Assembly: GCA_000165345.1 (NCBI GenBank)
Contig: CM000429.1
Coordinates: forward strand, 480,001-544,000
Direction: 5' to 3'
Length of the DNA: 64,000 nt
Part shown: positions 1-9,590 of the stretch, one piece after another
How the letters are laid out: every line of letters starts with the position of its first letter
Numbering within the stretch: the stretch's first letter is position 1
The notes under the pieces: model-generated
Databases searched by the model: none
Told to the model about the DNA's origin: nothing
What the model saw: the letters and a program-made list of their open reading frames with translations, nothing else
Position numbers and translations under genes: made by a program

Positions 1-73
1 CAGTCACTTAGAAAAAAAGAATTTTAATTTTTGCAGGTCATTTCCATTATTCTTTTATCCACTCTCAATAATT

Positions 74-3000
74 ATGCAGAATAAAATGTTTAGTGATTTA
101 AGGATTCAAGTAATAATTTTGAACATAATCTTGCCAATTTTTTTGGAGTTATTTATTATTAAAAATATTTATGCAAATAACATAGAACCAAATCAAAAAA
201 ATATTTGCTTTGAAGAAATATTTTCAAATCTTAAAATCGAATATACTCATGGTTGGGATTTAAATAAACTGAAAAGCACTTTTCAAAACAAGTTTGATAA
301 TGAATTAATGAAAGACCTGATTTTAAGTATTTTGATATCAGATCTTAATCACCAAATATTTGATGAAAAGACAAAACTAGAAAATATTAATTCAAACAAC
401 TACTCGAATATTAAAGGCTTTTTTTCAATTTTCCAACTTTTACTTAATTTCTGGGACAATAAAAAGGCAGAATTTAGTGAGGATTTTAACTTAACTCACT
501 ATATAAATTATATTATATTGGATGATAATTTTCAATTAAATGATAATTATTCAATTATTCAAAAAAATAGAAAATCTTTTTTTGCACTAATTAAAAAAAA
601 TAATTTATATATTGAAGATTATAATAGTGCGTCCGCCTTGTATCTTCATTTCATAAATATTAGTTTGCGTCGCTTAACTCACCTTCACGCATGCAATTAT
701 GATTCAAATAATCTTAATATGTTTGAAATATATAATAGTATTTATTTATTATCGATTAATACACTAAATATATTATTGGAAATTTTATCTGAAGAACATA
801 AACAGGAAATTGCTGTAAAAGAAATACTACCAACCTTGATACAATTTTTATCAAATAGCAAGCATTTTAACAAAGACTCCTGCTTTACCCAATATCAATT
901 ACGCCTTGATAGAGTTAATTCAGCAAATCATTCAAACGATTTGTCTGTAAAGTACAATTACAAAGAGCCCATAGTTATTTTTGAAATATTTAATTTTATT
1001 AATTCTAATATCATGAAATATGTAAAAATTCAAAATGAAGAACTAGTTCTTGATGAAATTAATAAAATAATAAATGACTTATTAATTATGAATATTGAAA
1101 AATGGATTTATCATTATGTGGCATTAAATGACAGTTTAGTAGTTAGCAAACTTCTTGAAATTGCTGATCAGATATTAATACTTATCATGAAGAATAAGAA
1201 AAATAAATTAAACATATGGGTTACTGAAATCTTAACATCAAAGAATTCTGCACTAAAAAAACTGATTGTAAAAAGGAGCGTGGATAATATGTCAATATTA
1301 TTCAAAATTTTAGATTACTTTTTATTAACGAATAAAACTGAGGTTTTTATATCTGAAATTTTTCCTTACTTAATAGATCAATTAAACGATAAAGATATCA
1401 ATGTCAAATATGAATTCTGTAAATTGATTATACATATTATGGAAAAAATGGAAATGATATTTATACTTCCCTACGGTAAATTTTGTATTGAAAAATGTTT
1501 AGGCGATAAAGAATTCATTATAAAATTAATTGGTTTAAGGTCAGCAAATAAAATATTTAACAGAATAATTTTTGTTGAAAACAAATTAGGCATTAATGAA
1601 TCTGAGATTATTATTCATGAATTAATTGAATCTATTATTACTAACCTCGAAAGTATACTATTTATTAAGTATTATCCACTTATTAAAGAAATTGGAATTA
1701 CATTAAAATACATATACAACTATTCAAGAAAATACAATGATTGGTTAGTCTTTTTTTTATTTTTGAATAAATTCTTTAGAATAAAAGAAAAGAACACAAA
1801 ATGTTTAATAAATATATTTAAACTAAGTAAATTTTCTAGAAATGAGTTTTTGATCTATTATTTCAAAGACATGTTTAAGGACGAAGATAAATCTGCAAGT
1901 GAAAATTACAAAATGGCATCTACAGTTAAACAAGAAAATAATCAGATTTATCCACCTACTTACACAGAATTAATATTGTATACCTTGCCATGTCTTATAA
2001 ATCAATTGAGTTTAAATGATAAATTTGAGCAGATTGTTTTTATTTTATCTTTGATTCAAAAAGAAGCGAAATATAATATTCGAAAACAATTTATTCATGA
2101 TGCATTAAAACTTTTAACAAGAAAAAAAATTTATAATCAATTGTGCGAGCCAGATTTTAAAAAGCCACTACCTATTATTAAAGGAGAATATTTAGGGTCA
2201 ATTTATAATCATAGCAAACTCATTTCTAAATATGATAACAATACAAACATAGGTAATGGATTTAATATTTATCAGAAACTTCTATATATCAATGAAGAAA
2301 TTTACTCTTGTTCTACAAATAATTCAATTAATGCTGGAATATACTTGCATAAGTTAAATGTTCATGATAAGCTTCATTATTGGAATTTAATTACTGATCA
2401 ACTTAATAATTATATTTTTAAATTCAATAATAATAGTTTTGTGACTAGTATGATGACATTATCAAATGAATTTAGCATTATTACAGGGAATAACATTGGA
2501 ATCTTATCCAAAATTAATATTGATACAAGTATAATAACGGTTAACGAGCATTCATATAAAAATGAAAATTTGTTATTTAAACAATGCAGCTTCTTAAATT
2601 CAAAATCCCCAATTATAATATTTGTTGGAAAGATAAAAATTTATTCTAAAGAATTGATTATTTCTGCATATAGTAACGGGGATATATATTTTATTGAATC
2701 AGAGAGGTTGCAAACAGAAATCAGTTTCTCAATTCCCCTATCTTTGGGGAGTGTAATTGACTATTCAGTTGACAATAATTCTAATGATCATTTAATTTCA
2801 TTCGCCACTGATGAAAATATAGTTATTATTATTGATTTATTTTATTTGAAGAGTATGAAAATTTGGAAAATTGATCATGAATTAAGAATTACAAATATTG
2901 GTAGTTCAAATATTAATGATCAATCTTCAAAAATATTGCTTAACTTTAATAGAAATGGTGCTTTTGCACTTTTTGATCCAATTAGTGGTGAAATTGATTC

Positions 3001-3550
3001 TAATGTAGATTTTAAATTCCGGATAACCGAAATAAAAGAAAAGTTCATTCATATTCACAGACCATTTTTGTTTTCATCAAAAATGGTTCACACAGACTTT
3101 AAAAGCATACAAAAGTGTAATTGTCTATATTGTCAAACTCAAAGAGTTAGAATTTTTGGAAATTATTTGAATCAATATCAAATAATGAATCAATACCATA
3201 ATACTACGGTTAAAAAGGAGCGTCTAGTTAATAGAAACATTATTGGGCCGTTTAGTACCACTCATAACAACTTCATAGGCAAAGGACAATGTGCAAATAA
3301 ATATTACATTTTTAATGATGAAATTGGTAACGTTTATCAACAAAGCTTCCTCGACTCTAATTTATGTTATACAGATTCATTTGATTGTATAATTAGTAAA
3401 TACTCAGCGCAGACAAGTTTAATTGGTGTAAACAACGAAAACAAAGGGCATAAAGACTTAATCACATCAATCAGCATATACTCATTTAGTAATGATGAAA
3501 TCGGATTACTTACATCTTCAAGAGATGGTATTATTTCTTACTGGAATTGA
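74..3550 (+). CDS. Large hypothetical protein (1158 aa), N/I/K-rich, with a WD-repeat-like C-terminal tail (..LLTSSRDGIISYWN)
   Basis: Uninterrupted 3.5 kb ORF starting at a true ATG (74-76). No family motif recognised by eye. The composition matches the rest of the window. Confidence 0.45.
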   Translation: MQNKMFSDLRIQVIILNIILPIFLELFIIKNIYANNIEPNQKNICFEEIFSNLKIEYTHGWDLNKLKSTFQNKFDNELMKDLILSILISDLNHQIFDEKTKLENINSNNYSNIKGFFSIFQLLLNFWDNKKAEFSEDFNLTHYINYIILDDNFQLNDNYSIIQKNRKSFFALIKKNNLYIEDYNSASALYLHFINISLRRLTHLHACNYDSNNLNMFEIYNSIYLLSINTLNILLEILSEEHKQEIAVKEILPTLIQFLSNSKHFNKDSCFTQYQLRLDRVNSANHSNDLSVKYNYKEPIVIFEIFNFINSNIMKYVKIQNEELVLDEINKIINDLLIMNIEKWIYHYVALNDSLVVSKLLEIADQILILIMKNKKNKLNIWVTEILTSKNSALKKLIVKRSVDNMSILFKILDYFLLTNKTEVFISEIFPYLIDQLNDKDINVKYEFCKLIIHIMEKMEMIFILPYGKFCIEKCLGDKEFIIKLIGLRSANKIFNRIIFVENKLGINESEIIIHELIESIITNLESILFIKYYPLIKEIGITLKYIYNYSRKYNDWLVFFLFLNKFFRIKEKNTKCLINIFKLSKFSRNEFLIYYFKDMFKDEDKSASENYKMASTVKQENNQIYPPTYTELILYTLPCLINQLSLNDKFEQIVFILSLIQKEAKYNIRKQFIHDALKLLTRKKIYNQLCEPDFKKPLPIIKGEYLGSIYNHSKLISKYDNNTNIGNGFNIYQKLLYINEEIYSCSTNNSINAGIYLHKLNVHDKLHYWNLITDQLNNYIFKFNNNSFVTSMMTLSNEFSIITGNNIGILSKINIDTSIITVNEHSYKNENLLFKQCSFLNSKSPIIIFVGKIKIYSKELIISAYSNGDIYFIESERLQTEISFSIPLSLGSVIDYSVDNNSNDHLISFATDENIVIIIDLFYLKSMKIWKIDHELRITNIGSSNINDQSSKILLNFNRNGAFALFDPISGEIDSNVDFKFRITEIKEKFIHIHRPFLFSSKMVHTDFKSIQKCNCLYCQTQRVRIFGNYLNQYQIMNQYHNTTVKKERLVNRNIIGPFSTTHNNFIGKGQCANKYYIFNDEIGNVYQQSFLDSNLCYTDSFDCIISKYSAQTSLIGVNNENKGHKDLITSISIYSFSNDEIGLLTSSRDGIISYWN

Positions 3551-3769
3551 TCGTCAACATTTATTCGCGCCACTTCTTAGCTGTCTAGATAAATTATGAT
3601 GAGTTATATTAAGAGGGGTGTGAAAAACAGCTTGATCAATATTTGAAGTACTTTTCTAAGATCTAAAAGCATAACAATTTCTAAAATTGAATTTGAACTT
3701 TACTAAAATAACAATACAATAATTTTTCCGCAATTTTAAATGTATTACTTATGATTAAGAAATGAAACA

Positions 3770-6559
3770 ATGGCTGTTGGAAATATCAATTCTAATGACG
3801 AACTTGAAGCTGCTATGAAAAATATGAAGAGCCATGATTCAAATAAAAGAATACAAGGAATTCAGCTATTTGCTGACGTAATAAAAACAGATTGCAGTCT
3901 CTTATCAATTGAATACATTAAAAAGCTTCAAATTGTTTTTGAATGTGAGCACAATATAGAAGTGCTATTGCAACTTTCTAAATCGTGTACAAATTTGGGT
4001 TTGATTTCACTTTTCGAGGAGCAAATTTGTGGGTTAAATATTAATGAGTTTGATTTCTTTAGTAAGGGTTGTATTTTTAACGCTGCAAAACAAATCATAT
4101 ACAATGCCTACGATGATCTTTCGACTAGATTTCATACACATAAAAGAAAATCAAATAAAAATTCATTATTTACCATAGAAAAAATAATAACTTTAGTACC
4201 AATCTTACAAGACATTGCTGAACTTGATGACGTATATGTAAGGCTAGAAACAATGAAATCTCTCAAATCACTCATTAATATTATTACATTTCTTATTGAA
4301 GAAAACTTAAATAACATACACAAAAGTACTGAATATAACGAATTGGAATTAATATTCAATCATTCTCTTGAAATTTTTCAGAAGTTGGCAAACTCTGATA
4401 TTCTTAGCCACAAAATTCTATCATGCCATATTATTCCTTTAATACTGGAGCAGAAAAGACTTTCTGAAATTTTTGTTGATGAAAAAAATATTTTACTTGC
4501 TAAATATTCAGATTTTTGTGTCCATCCTGCACCTATTTTAAGAAAACATGCATCTAAAGTGTTCAATGCTATTTTGGAACAAATTGAATTTGAAGAAGGT
4601 ATTATCGAAATTCTCTTATTTCCAATCATTAGGAATTTCTGTTGCGATGAGCAAGAATGTGTGAGGCTAATTGCAATAGAAAATATAGAGGCATTTTTCT
4701 TACAAGTTTTCGAATTGGCCAACTCTAATAAAGAATATATTAAAAAAGTAATTATTTTTTTTGAAAAGCTACAACCTTTTATATTTATTCTTTATAATGA
4801 TGTAAGCTGGAGGATTAGATCTAATGTATCAAGGCCGATAATTAATATTTACTCAAAATTGTCTCGCTTGGTTACTTCCAGTGAAGCAGAAAATATTGAT
4901 ATTCATCGTATTAGAGAGCAATCAATAATTAAATCCAATCAAGTAAAAAATGAAAATCTAAAAATTGTGGGCAATGAGAACGAATCACAAAATTTAGATA
5001 TTTCAATCGATGGGGATAACTTGTGTTCGCATCCTTGCTCAAAAGATAATTCAAGCGTGAACGATATAGACTATTTAAATAAGCTAGCATTGATTCTAAC
5101 TCAATTATTGATGGATCTAGAGTCTGAAACAAGAATTAGCACCCTTTCAAACGTACTAAAAACAATTGAAGAACAAACAATTGAGTCCAGGCCCACTATC
5201 ACAGATGATAAATCACCAATCCCATATATTTCAAAAATTTTGTTTTATGATGTAATTATTCAACAAATAAATAATTCAAATACTCTCCTAACAGATCAAA
5301 ATGCTGCAGTAAGAATTAATCTATCAAGAATAACAAAAATTATAATGCTAGTTAAGACAAACTTTGAAATTGACGAATTTATGAATATTGAACTCGAAAA
5401 TGCCTTCGATCATTTAGTTACAAAATTGACTCATGATGAGGACGACCAGGTGCGACAAAGCGTTGTATTAGCTCTCTGCTCGGGAGTCTCCGAATCAACT
5501 GACATTAACTTTTTGATAAAAAAGATAGTCTTACCCCACTCAAGCTCAATGATTCAGGATAACTTTTGGCGAGTTAGGTATTGTTCCATTATTCTTCTCA
5601 TTTTATCGCTTTATAAATTGCTATCATCGTACTATGAGGAGGACGAAATTTGGAATTGCAAGATTAATTTTAACAATGATGAAAACACTAAAGATTTTTT
5701 GAATTATTATGAAGGAACTATAGATGTTTTGATAGAGCTCATAATTATGAATATTACAGACAAGACGAGCATCATTAGGCAGCTTACTTCCATTTTCTCA
5801 TTGCCATTATTATCTTCTTGGTTCGGACTTCAATGGACAAAAAACCAACTTTGGAGTAAGGATATATTACCAATGATAACAAACGAAAAATCATATATAA
5901 TGCGGATAACTGGGTTACTTTCAGCTAATTCAATAATATCGGGAGTATGCATTCGTTCATTCAAGGAGCTGCTAGATGTTATTAAGCACGTAATACAGCT
6001 TATTTTAATTGTAGCCCCTACACTAGATCCAGGAAACGAAGATTATCGGCCTTATCAAGAACATTTAGAAGTCATTAATAGCCAATTGACCGCGAATCAA
6101 AGTGGTCGAAATGAACTTATAAAAAATACCGAATTCTTAAATAGTGGTTTAGCGCAAAAGAATATATCTAGCTTGAGCTCACAAAGCAATCATCTAAATG
6201 AATACCTTCCTTTGATTAATGCTTCAAATCTAACTTTGTCTCTTAATCCATCAGACAAAAACCATAATACTAGAAAAAAATCTGAAAGTATCCCATTCGA
6301 CTTCAGTGAGTTCCAATTAGAGATTATTTCAGTGGTCCTACAATACTCTGTAAATGACATAGTTCCAAACGTTCGGGCAAAAGCGTTTCAAACGATTAAC
6401 TCGATCATTGATCGAAATGGATTAGGAAACTTCCAGAAATCAGTCGTCGACCAGGTAAAATATTCATATGAAAACGATCCAGATTCTGACGTCAGGACTT
6501 ATTGTCGATATATTTTGAAAAAAACCATGGAGGACGAAATAAATGAAGATTATAACTAA
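3770..6559 (+). CDS. Hypothetical 929-aa protein, probably an alpha-helical repeat (HEAT/ARM-like) protein
   Basis: Long ORF starting at a true ATG. It shows repeated amphipathic helical segments (e.g. VRAKAFQTINSII, QVRQSVVLALCSG) but no catalytic motif. Confidence 0.4.
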   Translation: MAVGNINSNDELEAAMKNMKSHDSNKRIQGIQLFADVIKTDCSLLSIEYIKKLQIVFECEHNIEVLLQLSKSCTNLGLISLFEEQICGLNINEFDFFSKGCIFNAAKQIIYNAYDDLSTRFHTHKRKSNKNSLFTIEKIITLVPILQDIAELDDVYVRLETMKSLKSLINIITFLIEENLNNIHKSTEYNELELIFNHSLEIFQKLANSDILSHKILSCHIIPLILEQKRLSEIFVDEKNILLAKYSDFCVHPAPILRKHASKVFNAILEQIEFEEGIIEILLFPIIRNFCCDEQECVRLIAIENIEAFFLQVFELANSNKEYIKKVIIFFEKLQPFIFILYNDVSWRIRSNVSRPIINIYSKLSRLVTSSEAENIDIHRIREQSIIKSNQVKNENLKIVGNENESQNLDISIDGDNLCSHPCSKDNSSVNDIDYLNKLALILTQLLMDLESETRISTLSNVLKTIEEQTIESRPTITDDKSPIPYISKILFYDVIIQQINNSNTLLTDQNAAVRINLSRITKIIMLVKTNFEIDEFMNIELENAFDHLVTKLTHDEDDQVRQSVVLALCSGVSESTDINFLIKKIVLPHSSSMIQDNFWRVRYCSIILLILSLYKLLSSYYEEDEIWNCKINFNNDENTKDFLNYYEGTIDVLIELIIMNITDKTSIIRQLTSIFSLPLLSSWFGLQWTKNQLWSKDILPMITNEKSYIMRITGLLSANSIISGVCIRSFKELLDVIKHVIQLILIVAPTLDPGNEDYRPYQEHLEVINSQLTANQSGRNELIKNTEFLNSGLAQKNISSLSSQSNHLNEYLPLINASNLTLSLNPSDKNHNTRKKSESIPFDFSEFQLEIISVVLQYSVNDIVPNVRAKAFQTINSIIDRNGLGNFQKSVVDQVKYSYENDPDSDVRTYCRYILKKTMEDEINEDYN

Positions 6560-6594
6560 TCACGTGTTTGATCCTAATTCCTATTTATCTGCAT

Positions 6595-8517
6595 TCATAA
6601 ATTATTTTTCTGCACTTTTTTGGCTTCTTTGGCTAACTTTCTTGCTGCTCTCTCAGCTGCAATTTTTTCCCTGTTAGTGTGATAGGCATTCCTCCTTTCA
6701 ATGTCTTTAGTGTTTTCCCTAGCTCCCGATTCAGTAAGCATTTTGATTAATAGGTCTGGAGATTCTCCGAGCTGTACGGTTAGATTGTATACAAGATTAA
6801 TCTTGTCATTCTCTCGTTTAGAATCAACAATATCTCTTGTGAAGTAGCCTATTCTTTCGAATTGATATCTATTCATCTTTATTTCTCCTTTACTATTAAA
6901 AAATTCATCATTCAATAAGTTCTTTTCTGAAAAGCCATGTATTACTACAAGACTCTTGTTATTAATGAATTGCCTCCAATCTTTATCCTGATTTTCAGGC
7001 TCAGGAAGCGTAAAAAGACGGCCATAAAGCCTGAACTCAACATTAGTAACATTGCTTGTAGACAACCAATGTATCGCAGCCAATTTTTTCTTGTTAACAT
7101 TTGAATCATTTTCATTATCAGAGGAATGAATAATGCAATGTACTTCTTTTACTTCCTTAGTATCTGTATCAATTATAGCATTTTTACATGTGATTGCATA
7201 TGAATACTTTAGTCTAACTGAACCGCCAATAAATAGCCTTTTAAAATCACCAGGTGGCTGCTGAGAATCAATTTCTTGATTTTCATCGAACCAAAAATCA
7301 CTTTTTTCAATCCACAAATTTCTCGTCAAGTACAGGACTCTTTCGCCCATGTCAATATTATCATCAGGATGGTTTTTTACAGTTATTTCAACTGCTTCTT
7401 TTTGGAAACACTCATCCCAATTAATAATGACTACTTTTAGTGGTTGAATGCAGGCAAATCTTCTTTGGCATATGCTATGCAAATTTTCTTTCACACAATC
7501 CTCTAATAGTTGAATATGTATCATTTGATCTCTTTTTGAAGCGCCTATCTTATCGCAAAAGTCCCACAGAGACTGTGGAGGGTACCCCTTTCTCCTTACA
7601 GCAGAGAGGGTAGGCATTCTAGGGTCGTCCCAGCCAGCTACATGTTTTTCATTAACTAGTAAAAGAAGTTTCCTTTTACTTAGTACCAAATATGTCATAT
7701 TTAATCGTGCAAATTCAATCTGTCTTGTTTTGGTAATTTCTAGCTCAGATTGTAGCCAATCATACAACGGTCGATGAAGCTCAAACTCCAATGTACAAAT
7801 ACTATGAGTTATTCCCTCTATTGAATCACTTTGGCCGTGAGCAAAGTCATACATTGGATAAATAACCCATTTGTCGCCAGTATGGGGATGGGACTGTTTG
7901 AGAATCCTATATAAAATCGGGTCACGTAAATTTGGATTTCCATGTTTCATATCTATCTTTGCCCTTAAAACGCATTCGCCTTCATCACATTTTCCATCTT
8001 TCATTCTCTCAAAGAGTTCCATATTTTCGTTAATTGAACGATTTCTATATATAGATTCTACTGCAGGAGTATTTGAATCTCCCCTGTTTTTCCTAATTTC
8101 TTCTACTGTCTGATGATCAACATATGCCTTCCCAGCAAGAATTAACTTTTTTGCCCACTCATACAGTTGGTCAAAGTAATCGGATGCGTAGTATTTATGT
8201 TCGCCCCAGTCAACACCCAGCCATCTAACATCTTCTTCTATTGCGTCTATATACTGCTGCTCTTCAGAATATGGGTTTGTGTCATCATAGCGTAGGTGGA
8301 ATCTGCCATCATAAATCTTTGCTATCCCGTAGTTTAAACAGATTGATTTTGCATGTCCTAAATGAAGAAATCCATTTGGTTCGGGAGGAAACCTTGTGAC
8401 AATTTTGTTATGTTTACCATTCTTTAGATCATCTTCTACTATCTGTTTAATAAAATTTGTTGTATTTGATACAACATTAATATGTTCATTTTCAATTTTC
8501 AATCCTAAAGAAGCCAT
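6595..8517 (-). CDS. QARS: Glutaminyl-tRNA synthetase (class I aaRS)
   Basis: HIGH motif (FPPEPNGFLHLGHAKS). The catalytic and anticodon-binding core resembles GlnRS/GluRS throughout, e.g. the LRYDDTNP block. True ATG start. Lys-rich C-terminal tail. Confidence 0.85.
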   Translation of the reverse strand: MASLGLKIENEHINVVSNTTNFIKQIVEDDLKNGKHNKIVTRFPPEPNGFLHLGHAKSICLNYGIAKIYDGRFHLRYDDTNPYSEEQQYIDAIEEDVRWLGVDWGEHKYYASDYFDQLYEWAKKLILAGKAYVDHQTVEEIRKNRGDSNTPAVESIYRNRSINENMELFERMKDGKCDEGECVLRAKIDMKHGNPNLRDPILYRILKQSHPHTGDKWVIYPMYDFAHGQSDSIEGITHSICTLEFELHRPLYDWLQSELEITKTRQIEFARLNMTYLVLSKRKLLLLVNEKHVAGWDDPRMPTLSAVRRKGYPPQSLWDFCDKIGASKRDQMIHIQLLEDCVKENLHSICQRRFACIQPLKVVIINWDECFQKEAVEITVKNHPDDNIDMGERVLYLTRNLWIEKSDFWFDENQEIDSQQPPGDFKRLFIGGSVRLKYSYAITCKNAIIDTDTKEVKEVHCIIHSSDNENDSNVNKKKLAAIHWLSTSNVTNVEFRLYGRLFTLPEPENQDKDWRQFINNKSLVVIHGFSEKNLLNDEFFNSKGEIKMNRYQFERIGYFTRDIVDSKRENDKINLVYNLTVQLGESPDLLIKMLTESGARENTKDIERRNAYHTNREKIAAERAARKLAKEAKKVQKNNL

Positions 8518-8648
8518 TTGTATAAATTGTATACTTGCTGTAAAATTCTAAAAACTGACTACAGATGTTTTTGCGGGGCAATCATGACAAGGTGAAAAAA
8601 AATATATTTTATTCACTTAAACATTACTCTATAGGATAAATAAATTTA

Positions 8649-9494
8649 TTATTCACGAAAATTAAACATATAGTTGCTATTATTATTTCCTGGGGGGAAA
8701 AACATATCATTATCAGGGATAGTAGTCCCGCCTGGAATGGAAGAAATGGGAATATTTTTTGGTTTACCGAATATTTTTGGTTGGTTTTTGAAAATAATAC
8801 TTTCTGGCCCTACTAAGCTTCCTCTAACACCATTACTATCAATTAAAGGGTCAACGCTCTTGCGAAAATTGTTTCCAATATATTCTTCAAAACTCCTCTC
8901 AGTTTCTAATAAAGGCTCACATTTTATTATAGGAATTTTATGCCCTTCTTCTATATTAATTTTTGAATTGTTATTATAAATTTTATTTCTATTAAAGAAT
9001 CCATCAATTTCATTTCTAATCAAACCTGATAATTCAAACATCAAAGATTCATTACTACTGTAGTTTTCTGATATTTTAAAGGGAAATTCCAATTTCATGG
9101 CTTCTCCTATTAGATTGCTCTTCACTGATAATTGAACCGATGTTTCAGAAGAGTTTAAGTCAAAGATTAATTCTGGTATTACTTTTTCGATCTTTTTAGA
9201 GCAAATTTTGCTTATATAAAATAGTCTATTTTTTTTGCTTTTTGACCTCCAGTTTGAAGGCAATAACTCCATTGAAATACTATCATCCCGTGAATTTATG
9301 GGAACTCCAAACTCTTCGCTAATGCATGTGTGATCTAGGGTGTTATCTATTTCGTCATCTTCACCTTTAATGGATTTAACTGGAATGAATCCAAGGTCTA
9401 ATAATATTGAATGAGTTATTACTAAAACATTCTCATATAAATCTTCTGGATTTGCGTGCTTAAATAAAATATGTATCCAAAATGATCTATCCAT
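8649..9494 (-). CDS. PI31-like proteasome inhibitor/regulator
   Basis: The N-terminal region resembles the PI31/Fub1 N-domain (ELLPSNW.., VLVITHSILLDLGF). The C-terminal Pro/Gly-rich tail (PISSIPGGTTIPDNDMFFPPG) resembles the PI31 proline-rich region. This is a by-eye similarity only. Confidence 0.4.
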   Translation of the reverse strand: MDRSFWIHILFKHANPEDLYENVLVITHSILLDLGFIPVKSIKGEDDEIDNTLDHTCISEEFGVPINSRDDSISMELLPSNWRSKSKKNRLFYISKICSKKIEKVIPELIFDLNSSETSVQLSVKSNLIGEAMKLEFPFKISENYSSNESLMFELSGLIRNEIDGFFNRNKIYNNNSKINIEEGHKIPIIKCEPLLETERSFEEYIGNNFRKSVDPLIDSNGVRGSLVGPESIIFKNQPKIFGKPKNIPISSIPGGTTIPDNDMFFPPGNNNSNYMFNFRE

Positions 9495-9590
9495 TTAGTT
9501 TATATTTTCTTTATTATTCTTATAGTGTTATTTTTCTATTTCCACTGCCCACATCTTTGCGCAATATAAATTGAAAAAAAAAAAAATATC

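Noticed and set aside
4132-5132. Small antisense ORFs (4132-4359, 4378-4722, 4929-5132 minus) inside the 929-aa gene, and many similar 60-115-aa ORFs elsewhere overlapping large genes
   Set aside because: They are nested antisense to long, well-supported ORFs, with low-complexity hydrophobic translations typical of AT-rich out-of-frame reading. I treat them as spurious.
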